This document shows positions 35,108 through 49,589 of a stretch of DNA of 64,000 bases, in pieces. The stretch is from the human T2T-CHM13v2.0 reference genome, Homo sapiens. Positions within the stretch are counted from its first letter, which is position 1. Every line of letters begins with the position of its first letter. The stretch lies in the NCBI RefSeq assembly GCF_009914755.1, contig NC_060935.1, one strand, 5' to 3'. The position numbers and the translations under genes are program-made. The notes beneath the pieces were generated by a model. It worked only from the letters and a program-made list of their open reading frames with translations, was not told where the DNA came from and did not search any database.

Positions 35108-35717
35108 AGCAAAAGGCAGAACATCCTCATTTTCTTCCCTACCTCAGAAATAAAGAAGTTAACTTCAACCCTCTGAGAGAGGCTTCCTGAGCTTCCAACA
35201 ATCAATTATCCAAATATTAGTCACAGAAGAGCACTAAGGGTTGCGCACAGCATGTGGCCAGCCCATTCTCAGAGTCTGTCAAGTTTAAGGTGAACGCTAA
35301 TCCTGAATGAGTTTTAAAATGTATTTGGCATTTCCTCGTCATTGGAAAATGTTCTCGCATTGTGATGGCTGGGGCTTCCCTCTCAGGTGTAATCTGCGAA
35401 GTCAGATGTGACACAGCCTGGGTGAGGTGGGCCAAGCTGGGAACTGGGTTAGGAGGGAAGCTGGGGAATGATCTCCAAGGTCTCAGATCCCAAACTGGCT
35501 TTAGCCTGATTCACCCAGAGGGATCTCATAAAAAATGCACATTCCGGGGCCCACCCCAGACCTAATGAATCAGAATTACCTGGGAAGGAGCCTGGGGAGC
35601 TCTGTTTTCAGAAGCAGCCCAGCCAAATCCTATGGTCAGACAGGGCTGGGAAACCGAGCTCAGTCTAGCGCGGTAGATCCCAAACTCGTCTGTGCTTCAA
35701 AAAATACAGATGCTGAT

Positions 35718-36107
<390 letters not shown>

Positions 36108-36876
36108 CTAAAGTGTAGATGAGTTTGGAAACCACACATCGAAGGCACACTTGAATGGGGGAGCAGTGAGGTGGCGTGGGCCAGCCGGCCAGAACCCAGG
36201 GGTGGGGCGGTAGGAACCAGCATTGCAGAGGCCGTTAAGGCTGGAAAGCATAGTGTCTGGGGCCCATAAAAATGTTTCGACATGAATGCTTTAGACCTAA
36301 GACAATTGGCTTCTAAATGTGCAAACTGCAAGGCTGAAATGAATGCTTGTTTAATGCTTTACAACACTGTCAAGTGGTCAGCTGCAACTCCGTTCTGAGG
36401 GCGTGATGCCTGAGAGATGCCTGTAATGGCGGTTGATTTTAATGAATTTAATATGGTGTGGAGTGGGGCCTTCAAAAGTAAAGATGTCAGTTCTGAGTTG
36501 GTTGCAGGGGTCTGGGCAAAGGTCTTAAAACCCCATGGTGAGCAGATGGCCAATCCTGAACACCCCAATTTTAAAACAGGGCTTTTTTTCCAAGATACCT
36601 TTTGAAAATAGCTCCTATTTTGAGGGGAGGAACCCTGGCAGGAGAGAGCCAGAGTTAAGCCCAGCTGAGAGGGCGTTGGCAGGCAGGGGCCTGCCTGATC
36701 CTCACTGAAGCTTGGTACTCAGGGTGAGCTTCCTAAACCAATGCAGATTTGCCGGCCCACTGAGCCTCGCGATGAGAACCTGCATTTCAACAAGGTCCTC
36801 AGTGCAGCAAAGTTTGAGATATACTGGGCTAGAACACCCAGGGGACACAAAGGTTCTCTGAAAACTAAGGAAAATA

Positions 36877-37519
<643 letters not shown>

Positions 37520-37683
37520 ATACTGGGCTAGAAGACCCAGGAGACCCGAAGATTCTCTCAAAACTAAGGAAAATAATCTAGGTCACAAATATATTCTCTT
37601 TCTCCTTCTCCCCATTGCCCCCCTCCACCAGTAATCTTTATAGACTCAAATCGAGTTGATGTTCTATAATCAATTCTAGTCAC

Positions 37684-37852
<169 letters not shown>

Positions 37853-38183
37853 TAAGCTAATGCCTGTGAGACCATAAATTCTTTTTATGCACTCAATACA
37901 TTTTCGTGTTTACCTTACATTTTTATTATGGAAAAATTCTGTTTTTTCCACTTGTTTCTTTTTGATAATGAAGCCCTCTGTGCCTATCACCAGCCTCAGC
38001 CGCCATCATCTCATTACCAAGCTGGGTTATTTTGAAGCAAATATCTTCTAATATTTAGCCGGTGTTCAAATTTCCCTAACCATCCTAAATGAATGTTTAG
38101 AATAGTTGTTTCATTGGAAACAAGGTCAAAAAAATACATTTTAGATTTTTAGGCCAGTCTTGAAAGTAATTGTAAAACCATGT

Positions 38184-38258
38184 GTGGGGTAGGAGGTGGG
38201 ACTAGCCTCTCAAGGTGGGGCCTGGATACCAGACCCAATTGAGGACTAGCTAAGACAG
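38184..38258 (+). mobile_element. MER66-like LTR 5' fragment
   Basis: GGGTAGGAGGTGGGACTAGCC..GACCCAATTGAGGACTAGCTAAGACAG resembles the 5' end of the LTR at 9386. Confidence 0.6.
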
Positions 38259-39347
38259 ATTCCACAACGAATAACACCAGGAGGTGGGAATATTAAGGTC
38301 CATTGTGAAGGATGGCTACCACAATTATTTGATCAACTAGTTATCAACCCTGACTGCACCTGAGAGAGATTTGTTTTTGCTTTTTTTTTTTTCAGAGACA
38401 GGGTCTTGCTATGTTGCCCAGACTGGACTGAAAATCCTGGGCTCAAGTGATTCTTCTGCCTCAGCCTCCTGAGTAGCTGAGACCGGGTGTGTGCCACTGT
38501 GCCCGGCAAGATTTTAAAAAATACGTATGTCCGGACACCACTCTAAACCAACTAAATCAGAATCAGATAGAGTGAAGTCATTAATCATTTTGCTCCTGGG
38601 TCTTCATGAAAGTTTTGCTCCTGGGAAACTCCTGGGAATGTGGTAGAGAGAGAGAGAAAGAGATGGGAAAATAAGATTTTAAGAAATGTTGCTATGCATT
38701 TTGATAATAATTTTTCTTTGGTGTTTGTCTTGAGGGACGGCGGTAAACATTTCAATTGCCTTTAAGTATGCTTGCATGCTGGAATGATGGTTCTTTGAAT
38801 GCAGCATCAAACTGGCATTGGGCCACATGGCAGCCAGCATGAGCCTTTATGCCACATTTATAAAACATGAATGTCATGAACCCACTCTCAGGGACCTTAC
38901 AATTTGGAGGGTTAGGTCAGATCCACAAATCTCTTGTATCTCATCATAAAGGAAACCTGGCGTGTAGCAGGAGATGGCGTGATAACCATAACATATTGCA
39001 TGATCAATATTTGTATCTTCTTAGCAATATTAAACTTTTTGACTCCCTCCATTATGTCATCAATTTGCTTAATACAGTTTCTTCCTCAGCGTCGGGTTTT
39101 AGGCCTGGCATAAGCTGTTTGAAACCCAGGCAGGTACCCCGCCCATCATCTTTGGCCTAGTTAACACCTCCCCTCCCTGCGTGGTGCTTTGGAGAACCTG
39201 CTTCTTCCTCATCCCACTGATCCCAAACCCAGGACACCCCACAGCTGCTGACCAGGATTAAACCTAATGGAGATTTAATGCCGTTAAATCACAAGAAATT
39301 CTGATTCTCAGGGACTGACATTCATTCACTTAAATACTTGCAAAGTT

Positions 39348-39637
39348 GGCCAGGTGTGATGGCTCACACCTGTAATCCCAGCACTTTGGGCACCCGAGGT
39401 GGGTGGATCACGAGGTCAAGAGTTCGAGACCAGCCTGGCCAACATGGTGAAACCCCGTCTCTACTAAAAATACAAAAATTAACTGGTGTAGCTGTGCGTG
39501 CCTTTAATCCCAGCTACTCAGGAGGCTGAGGCAGGGGATTTGCTTGAACATGGGAGGTGGAGGTTGCAGTGAGCCAAGATTATGCCATTGCACTCCAGCT
39601 TGGGCAGCAGAGCGAGACTCTGTCTCAAAAAAAAAAA
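39348..39637 (+). mobile_element. Alu (Sg-like)
   Basis: Dimer with poly(A). Confidence 0.9.
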
Positions 39638-39950
39638 ACCCAAAAATTTGCAGAGTGAATTTAGGAAACCATGAAGTCCACAGTTTGATCCAATGCCTTC
39701 CTTTTTCTCTTTCTCAAATATTTTGAGCCAGGTACTATCCTAGATTGTCTTGTGATATTTACAATCTAGGAGAAGGCAGGAGAGAGAACTAAGAACAGAG
39801 AGCATGTTCTGAGATGTCTGCTGTGTTTGCAGGTACCTTCCCTCAATTTGCCTACTCACTGGCCATGCTGGAAAACAGGTCTTGGCGCCATATTTGTACC
39901 GTGGTATTCCCCTCCCTATACTCAATTGGTTGGCCAGAAGCCCAATTGTC

Positions 39951-40008
39951 ATTCTCTCTCTCTCTCTCCCTCTCTCCCTCTCCCTCTCTCCCTCTCTCCC
40001 TCCCTCTC
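39951..40008. repeat. (TC)n pyrimidine tract
   Basis: Directly visible. Confidence 0.9.
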
Positions 40009-40149
40009 CAAGATATCCAGTAACTGACTGATAAGCTGGTGGTGGGTTCTGCTGGCTGCCATGATGGACCACCAGCAAAAAGGGAAAATTGGTTGTGAGT
40101 AAGAGAAGCGGAGATAAGAAAGTCCACAGGGCTGATAAGAAAGACCATG

Positions 40150-40460
40150 GGCTTCCGGGCGCGGTGGTTCACGCCTGTAATCCCAGCACTTTGAGAGGCC
40201 AGGATGGTCGGATCACGAGGTCAGGAGATCGAGACCATCCTGGCTCACACGGTGAAACCCCATCTCTACTAAAAATACAAAAATTAGCCAGGTGTGGTGG
40301 CGGGTGCCTGTAGCCTCAGCTAATTGGGAGGCTGAGGCGGGAGAATGGTGTGAACCCCGAGAGGTGGAGCTTGCAGTGAGCTGAGATTGCACCACTGCAC
40401 TCCAGCCTGGGCGACAGAGTGAGACTGCATCTCACAAAAAAAAAAAAAAAAAAAAAAAAA
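40150..40460 (+). mobile_element. Alu (Y/Sc-like)
   Basis: GAGATCGAGACCATCCTGGC, poly(A), TSD AAAGACCATGG. Confidence 0.9.
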
Positions 40461-41238
40461 GACCATGGAATTCTGAGAGCAAGAAAGAGGAATTTTGGTT
40501 TCTGTAACTGCAGTTTCCATTCTCTCATGGCCTCTCATATGTTTCTTGTGCCCATGAGTTTTCCTGTTAGAGATAAGGTTTGCTCCTTGTCCTCAAGCTC
40601 ATGCAAATGGGTTTCTGTTTCTTACAATCATTGTTCCCAGATATGGATGGTTACTGATGCTCTGCTAAATGCTGAAAAAAAGCAGAGTGGAAGCACAGAA
40701 AAGCGGGCTTCTCTGAGGGGGTGACGCTAGAGCCCAGTTGGGAGGCAGGAGTAAATGTGCACCATGATATTTTAGGATTAAAACCAAGTATCTCACTGCT
40801 TGGGCACATGTAGATAGAGGTGATTTAACAGTAAACTGTCCCAGTGGTACCCATTGTCAGTTATCTCACCACAGGGATTATGTAGCCCTGAGTTTGCTTA
40901 GTGCTTATTTATTTTAGGTTGTTGTTTATCCAAACCTCCTAAATGATACGTGTTTGGAACAAGTAACAGCATCGTTCATTGATGTTGGGACAAACCACTA
41001 TTTTATTACTCAAGACTGGGTAATTTTTAAAGAAAAAGAGGTTTAATGGGCTCACAGTTCCATGTGGCTGAAGAAGTCCCGAAATCATGGTGGAAGGAAA
41101 AAGGCACGTCTTACTTGGTGGCAGACAAGAGTGATGAGAGCTATTTTGGTCATTGTTCACTGGCCATAGAATTTACTTCTATATTTTGAACTAAGGCAAG
41201 AGCCAGGCACACAAGACGGTTACAGGTCCGTCTTTTGT

Positions 41239-41241
<3 letters not shown>

Positions 41242-41277
<36 letters not shown>

Positions 41278-41288
41278 CGATGATGATG
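41242..41288. repeat. (GAT)n trinucleotide repeat
   Basis: About 15 units, one GAC interruption. Confidence 0.95.
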
Positions 41289-41576
41289 AAATGGCTGACA
41301 TGGTTGATGACTTGCTTTTTCTCATCATCTCAGACCTAGATTTTTGGCTGGACTATTGGCTTGGGATAGATGAAAATCATTCCTTGTATCCCCTTATCTT
41401 AAAGTCAAGACTGAACCAGCCTCCAGACTCAAGCCTTCATGGGACTTCAGATACCATGAGGAATGGGTGTCCCTGCAATATTGTCTTGGCTGTCAAAAGT
41501 GTTATTGGAGCTGGGCAAGTGGGTCCTCTCCTGCCATTCCATCCTGCTTAGATTTCCCATTCAACACCAATCTTAT

Positions 41577-41894
<318 letters not shown>

Positions 41895-43406
41895 CCATTT
41901 CCTCTTATACCATAAGTCATTGCCTGCAGATGTGTTTTCTCCATTAGTTTGCAAAAGCTTCCTGAGAGTAGGTCTGTGCCTCATTTATTCTGGAATCTCC
42001 CTGGCACAAAGCACAGGGCTTTATCCTCAGTAGGCATTCAACAAATGTTTAATATCATTCAACAGCTCCTCTTACCACTGCCCCCAACTTATTTGCAGGT
42101 GGCTAAGTACAATCAGAACAAGTAGGTATCACAAGATTTAGTCCAGAGTCAATCTGAGAAGAAATTACTTTAGTGATATGAAAAGAAGCCATGCTATTTA
42201 GTCAGAATACTTCTGAGAGTATCCCCTGTCCAAGCATTTGCTGAATTTCTATCTACTAATTTTCAGGTGGAACAGTATGGTTGCGGAGAGTCCATTTGGA
42301 CATAGATACACTTTCATGCATTCATGTCTTTAACAATAATTTGTGGCCCTACTGTGTTTGTTCACTAACTCCTTTGAACCTACCACATAAGCTATATCTT
42401 TATTTTCCTTGTAATTTGGAAGGTCCAATGCTTCATTAAGCTCACATGCCTGAAACTAATGAAGAAAATATCTCGTTAACCAGCTAGTATAAAAGTAGTC
42501 ACCAAATCAAGTCAATCACCTGCCTTAAATCAGCCCAGTACTCCCATGTTGAGCGGAGAAGCCCATTCTGAATCACAGTCAAGACATTGATGGAAAAACA
42601 GCTCCCTCTGGGGATCAAAACCACGCTCGCTCCAAATCCTCCTCCCCAGAGTTCTACTCATTGCTCACCCACTGAACCCAGAACAACCAGAAGTGCTTGA
42701 AATGAGGACGGGTAGCTCCTTGTACCAATCGGAATTTAAAACTGTATCAATTCCTGCTATAGAAATGAAGCGTCTCCCCAGGACCAGCATTCCACGAAGG
42801 CAGCCCTTTTCTAGATGGAGAAAACAGAACCTGAAGGCACCCGTTTCCCTAAACTGCTCTCGCTCATGTGTAAGTACAAATGAAAAATGCTGAGGCTGCT
42901 TCTGTTGGCATTGCTTTTTAATTACGGCCATCAATAAATCATTTTATCCTTGAACAAGACTTGAGAATGACCCCAAGGCAGAGGCACAATTCCTTAGGAA
43001 TTAGGCCAACAGAGAATGGGCTATCTCTCTTCCCACCTCTTCTCTTACTCTGCTGTCAGAAACAGAAACGTTCTCTGTGAGTAGCTGGGAGTAGACGGCC
43101 ACACTTGAGTTCCATCTGGGGGTTCTGTTAACACAGTTTTACCCCATCCTGCCTTGATGGCCACTGCCACACAAACTGCATCTGTTCTTTCTTCTGCGCC
43201 TTTTATTATTTCCTCTTTCTAATGTAGTGAGCTGAATGGTGGCTTTGCACAAGATATATCCAGATCCTTGTGCCTAGAATCTGTGGAGGTGGCATTAGTT
43301 GGAAAAAGGTTCTTTGCAGATGTAATTAAGGATCTTGAGATTATCCTGGAGGATTTTAGGTAGGCTGTACATCTGAAGACAAGTGTCCTTATAAGAGGAC
43401 ACTTTT

Positions 43407-43705
<299 letters not shown>

Positions 43706-43715
43706 GGACACTCCT

Positions 43716-44113
43716 TTTCATGCGCATCCGTGTGAAGAGACCACAAAACAGGCTTTGTGTGAGCAATAAAGCTGTTTATTTCACCTGGGTGCAGGTGGGC
43801 TGAGTCCAAAAAGAGTCAGCGAAGGGAGATAGGGGTGGGGCCATTTTATCAGATTTGGGTAGGTAAAGGAAAAAGGGATGTTCTCTGGCAGGCAGGAGTG
43901 GGGGTCACAAGGTGCTCAGTAGGGGAGCTTTTGAGCCAGGATGAGCAAGGAGAAGGAATTTCACAAGATAATGTCATCAGTTAAGGCAGGAACAGGCCAT
44001 TTTCATTTCTTTTGTGGTGGAATGTCATCAGTTAAGGCAGGAATCGGCCATCTGGATGTGTACATGCAGGTCACAGGGGATATGATGGCTTAGCTTGGGC
44101 TGAGAGGCCTGAC
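43716..44113 (-). repeat. HERV-H 3' LTR (LTR7)
   Basis: TGTCAGGCCTCTCAGCCCAAGC..CACACGGATGCGCATGAAA; PPT GAAGACAGGAA. Confidence 0.95.
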
Positions 44114-44770
44114 ATTCCTGTCTTCGTACATTAATAAGAAAAATAAAATGAAATAGTAGTGAAGTGTTGGGATGGTGAAAAATTTCTGGGGGTAGTATGG
44201 AGAGATAATGGGCGATGTTTCTCAGGGCTGCTGCGAGTGAGATTAGGGGTGGCATGGGAACCTAGAGTAGGAGAGATTAAGCTGAAGGAAGATTTTGTGG
44301 TAAGGGGTGATATTGTGGGGTTGTTAGAAGAAACATTTGTCGTGTAGAATTATTGGTGATGGCCTGGATACGGTTTTGTATGAACTGAAAAACTAAACGG
44401 AATAAGAGAAGGAGAAAAACAGGTATTAAAGGACGAAGAATTGGGAGGACCTAGGACATCTAATTAGAGAGTGCCTAAGGAGGTTCAGCATAGCCTTGCC
44501 AACAAAGATTATTTATTTAAGAGTTAAGAGTGGTGGTTTGGGGATAGCACCAGGAGATATCACCTGTGATGGTTTGGAGAAACAGTGTAAACCACCAGTG
44601 AAAACAAGAGCAGGGCATATATGAGTAGTTGAGAACGGTGAATAGGAGTATGACTAGACAGAAGATAGTAGGGATGACAAGTTTTTTGGGGCACAGTCCA
44701 AGTTGGTCTTGTGTCTGGAATGAGACTGGGGCCTAATAAAAAGGAGCTTCTATAGGGGAGATCCAATGGG

Positions 44771-45836
44771 TATCGGGGGACCTGCCCCGATAATCACGTA
44801 GGTTCTTTTCTATTTTCCTGTGTCGACTGGCTTGAGAAATAAAAGGACAGAGTACAAAAAAGAGAAATTTTAAAGCTGGGCGTCCGGGGGAGACATCACA
44901 CATTGGTAGGATCCGTGATGCCCCACAAGCCACAAAAATCAGCAAGTTTTTATTAGGGAGTTTCAAAAGGGGAGGGAGTATACGAATAGGTGTGGGTGAC
45001 AGATATCAAGTACTTAACAAGGTAATAGAATATCACAAGGCAAGTGGAGACAGGGCGAGATCACAGGACCACAGGACCGAAGTGAAATTAAAATTGCTAA
45101 TGAAGTTTTGGCACCATTGTCATTGATAACATCTTATCAGGAGACAGGGTTTTGAGATCAACCGGTCTGACCAAAGTTTATTAGGCGGGAATTTCCTCTT
45201 CCTAATAAGCCTGGGAGTGCTATGGGAGACTGGAGTTTATTTCACTTCTGCAATCTCGACCATAAGAGACAGGTACGCCCTGGGGGGGCCAGTTCAGAGA
45301 CCTATCCCTAGGTGCGCATTCTCTTTCTCAGGGACGTTCCATGCTGAGAAAAGGAATTCAGCGATATTTCTCCCATTTGCTTTTGAAAGAAGAGAAATAT
45401 GGCTCTGTTCTGCCCGGCTCACCGGCGGTCAGAGTTTAAGGTTATCTCTCTTATTCCCTGAACAATTGCTGTTATCCTGTTCTTTTTTCAGGGTGCCCAC
45501 ATTTCATATTGCTCAAACACACATGCTGTACAATTTGTGTAGTTAACGCAATTATTACAGGTCCTGAGATGATATAAATCCTTCTTGGCTGACAGGATTA
45601 AGAGATTAAAGCAAAGACAAGCATAGAAAATCACAAGGATATTGATTGGGGAAGTGATAAGTGTCCATGAAATCTTTACAATTTATGTTTAGAGATTGCA
45701 GTAAAGACAGGCATAAGAAATTACAAAAGTATTAATTTGGGGAACTAATAAATGTCCATAAAATCTTCACAATCCACGTTCTTCTGCCATGGCTTCAGCC
45801 GGTCCCTCCGTTTGGGGTCCCTGACTTCCCTCAACA
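44771..45836 (-). mobile_element. MER11 (HML-8) solo LTR, MER11C-like
   Basis: TGTTGAGGGAAGTCAGGGACCCCAAACGGAGGGACCGGCTG..CCCCCGATA, 1066 bp, perfect 6-bp TSD AATGGG. Confidence 0.92.
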
Positions 45837-45842
45837 AATGGG

Positions 45843-46985
45843 TTGTACCTTGTAGCATTCCGAGGACAGGCCTGAATTCTGAGAAGGGAAAGTGGTAAAA
45901 GTATTGTCCAGTCCTTTTTAAGTTGGTGGCTGAGCTTGGTAAGGTGTGTTTTTAAAAGACCATCAGTCTGTTCTACCTTTACTGAAGACTGAGGACTGTA
46001 AGAAATATAAAGGTTTCACTGAATACTAAGAGCCTGAAAAAATGCTTGGCTGACTTGATTAATAAAGGCTGGTCTGCTATCTGACTGTATAGAGGTGGGA
46101 AAGCCAAACTGAGGAATTATGTCTGACAGAAGGGAAGAAATGACCGTGGTGGCCTTCTTAGACCCTGTGGAAAGGCCTCTACCTATCCAGTGAAAGTGTC
46201 TACCTAGACCAAGAGTTATTTTAGTTTTCTGACTCGGGGCACGTTGAGTAAAGCTAATTTGCCAGTCCTGGGTGGGGGCAAATCCCTGAGCTTGATGTGT
46301 AGGGAAGGGAGTGGGCCTGAAGAATCCTTGAGGAGTAGTAGGATAGCAGATGGAACACTGAGAATTGATTTCCTTGAGGATAGATTTCCACGATGGAAAG
46401 GAAATGAGAGGTTCTAAGAGGCGGGCTGGTGGCTTGTTCTATAGCATAGCCTGCTTTTGCTGGTGTGTGGCGATTAGGCCTGGTGGAACCGCCATCAATA
46501 AACTAAGTGTGGTCAGGGTGAGGAACAGGGAAGAAGGAAATGTGGGGAAATGGGGTGAATGTCAGGTGGATCAGAGAGATGCAGTCATGAGGGTCAGGTG
46601 TGGTATCAGAAATAATGTGGAAGGCCGGATTGAAGTCCAGGCCAGGAACAATGGTAATTGTGGGAAACTCAACAAAGAGTACAGCAGAAGGAGCCGGGGA
46701 GCAGAATGTATATGTGGCAGGTGTGAGGAAGAAAATAGATTTCGGAAATTATGAGAGCTGTAGAGAGTGAGTTGAGCATAGTTTGTGATTTTAAGGGCCT
46801 TTAAAGTATTAGGGTGGCAGCAGCTGCTACACAGAGACATGACAGCCAACCTAAAACAGTAAGGTCAAGTTGTTTGGACAAAAAGGCTACAGGACGCGAT
46901 CCTGGTCCTTGTGTAAGAATTTCAACTGCACAGCGCTGCACTTCGGCTGTGTGTAATGAAAAGGGTTGGGATGAGTCACGGAGAG
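45843..46985 (-). pseudogene. pol: HERV-H pol 3' part (RT connection/RNase H/IN remnants)
   Basis: ALRDSSQPFSLHTAEV..PVAFLSKQLD continues directly from 55176. Confidence 0.85.
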
Positions 46986-46989
46986 CTAG

Positions 46990-47486
46990 TGTAGCAGGAC
47001 GAGTTGCAGACAAAACTCCTCAGACACCGGATTAAAGAAGGAAGAGGTTTTTTTATTCGGCCGGGAGCGTCGGTAGACTCGTGTCTTAAGAGCCGAGCTC
47101 CCTGAAAAAGAAATTCCTAGCACTTTTAAGGGCTTACAACTCTAAAGGGTCTACGTGAAAAAGTCATAATAGATCAAGTAAGCCTGAGGAACGTGACTGG
47201 GGGCTACATACTTCAGCTAACAGAACAAAAAGTTTTTACAGTGCTTTCTCATACAATGTCTGGGATTTACAGATAACACCTGTAGTTTTGGTCAGGGGTT
47301 AATATTATTGTCATTTTAACCACCAGGGCCAGGTGGTGGCGCCAAGGTCATCTAGCTATTTATTTTACTTCTGTTTTTTCCAACTTTTTGCTTTCTCCCT
47401 TTTTTGCTGTCTTACAAACTAGGGAAAAGGGGAGGTTGGGGAGAAACTGGGAAGGACAACAGGAGACGTGGTGGTCTCACACCATA
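46990..47486 (-). repeat. HERV-E 3' LTR (LTR2C-like)
   Basis: TATGGTGTGAGACCACCAC..GAATAAA..GTCCTGCTACA, 497 bp; PPT TCAAAGGGGGGAAA. Confidence 0.9.
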
Positions 47487-47513
47487 TTTCCCCCCTTTGA
47501 GCATTTTCACTTT

Positions 47514-49567
47514 TTAGTGGGAGTTCTCACTCTCATCTTTACTTTTTGAGTCTATTGGTGAGATAGAGCGATACTGATTTATATAACACACGTGTGCTGA
47601 AGTTTTCTGATGAACCAAAGTAGCTACAAAACCTTTTATCATTTGAAAAAGCAAGGGTAATACACAGGGGAGCAGCAAGCAAGCTCCTATCACTAGCAAT
47701 ACACCTACAATGAGGGTTTTAAATCCTGCTATAGCTGGAAACCATTTTTCAAATAAAGACTCAGGATTAAACTCGTGCCAAACCTGTACAGGCACATGTG
47801 CCACCTTTGTCATGTCCCTGACTATGTTTTTAACCACCTGTCCTTGATCATTTATTTGTAGGCAGCAATTGGTTAAGTTAAATTTTCCACAAACTCCTCC
47901 TTCAGCTACTAGCAAGTAGTCTAAGGCCAGTCTATTCTGATAGATAGCATTCCTCATTTGGGTTTCTTGCCAAGCTAAAACAGTCAAAGCTCTGCCAGTT
48001 TCATTAGTAATTATTTCTAAGATGGCCTGCAACCGTATGATCCAATTGAGCATGTAGATGGGGGTTCGGTATCCCCATGAGCCGTCTTGTGCCCATGTGG
48101 CAGGCCCATAATACTGAATGATCCTTTCAGGGGGCCACTCATTCTCCTTCCAGTTTCCTATAACTATGCCTTTCTTTTCTCGGGCGGCGTAGACAGGGAA
48201 ACCTAGGAGCTCACCCGTTTTTATGGGTAATAAGAAAAAGGATGGCTTAATAGTGTCAATAACACAACTGCCTGCCCATTTATTAGGTAACCGAATGTAG
48301 GCTCTGTGCCTACATATCTAGTATAGTCCAGCGGGAACCGTCCAGTCCTGATGAGATTCTGGATGAGCCTAAGCAGTTTTTAATTTAGAAAATTTACTAA
48401 ATGGATTCTTTTCAGTGTGGTTTAGGCCCTACTAAGTAATTGTCTGTATTGTGCTGTTATACAACTTCTGTCCTATACAATTAAGCTTTCCTACAGGGAT
48501 GATAAAGTCTTTCCCTTCTCTAGCTCTACAGTATTGTCTAATAATTGAGGTTTTTAGGACCTAGAAGTTGCTAGCTTCGGCCTTCTGAACTGGAATTATA
48601 TCAGGAGCTGGATCAGTAGGCACCAACTCTTGGGCTTCCCAAGGCCATCTGTCTCCGATAGTGGTTCCTCCGCGTACATAACAAGAAGTAACAGTTATGT
48701 AAGTAAGAAAATTACATTTTCTGCTAATTGGAGAAACAAATTTTTTGTCTTTTTCAGAAGTTCTGGTGCTGGCACATTCAGCTCCTCATAAAAGGTTTGA
48801 AATACTGGTTTGGGAGAGCACTTGTGGACCTCCCCTCTAATTACAATGGCAACTTGAGGGTTTAACCCTGTCCTATTGATCCCCAGGGTTACACGTTCTC
48901 CCTTTTTCCAACGGGGATCTAGGGGATTGGTAATTATTAGTTCTAGTGGGTTACAGTGACTGGCAGCACAGGAGGGGTTGGCTTCCCCCTTCTGAAGATA
49001 AACCGGTTCCTTTTTGTTCTTTTTTTAAGTAGCCTAAATAACACATGGCCAATAGGCACAATTTTTACAAACCCCTGACTCATGACAAACATATTTATTT
49101 TCTACTCTTTAGCTCCTTTCTCAGTTAAGAGAACCACATCCTATTTCTAGCTTTTTACTATTAATGGCTGCACAAGCATCAAATCTTAAAGTTATTTGCT
49201 TGGGAATTTCTTTTTCTTCTGTTCTAGTTATTATTTTACTTGTATCATCTAGGAAAAGGCCAGTTCTTATTCTTATTTCAAAAACGGTGGTTGCGGAGGG
49301 CTCAGATGGGTTATAACACGCATCAGGTCGGTCATTTCTCGGGCTACATACCTTGCACTGAGTGGCATTATACAAACAAGTTTCTTTTATTGTTTCCACA
49401 CATTCATAATAACTATAGAACAGAAAGATTGTTTTAATTTGCTGTCCTACTTCGGTGACCTGATGAATACACTGGGAACAGTCCCCAGTTTGAGTAAGAT
49501 CAGTTGAAGCCCTTACTGTATAAGTCCAAAATTTAAGAAAAATGAATCTCACGATGAGCTTCCTCAG
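47514..49567 (-). pseudogene. env: HERV-E env (SU disrupted, TM frame open)
   Basis: [16 protein letters not shown]6CC ([10 protein letters not shown]), TM helix; presumed ATG reads CTG; SU stops. Confidence 0.92.
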
Positions 49568-49589
49568 GCTTCGGCCGTGCGTGGACCAG

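Noticed and set aside
35217-35450. PSLAHLTQ..ITMREHF as a possible ENPP7 exon 1 3' half
   Set aside because: No convincing alignment and no splice donor.
39217-39264. Minus-strand LILVSSCGVSWVWDQ resembling ENPP7 exon 1 LLLVSFDGFRWNYDQ
   Set aside because: Lacks the catalytic D and F-R, has no downstream TxP.H motif or donor, and is far more diverged than the other exons; likely chance.
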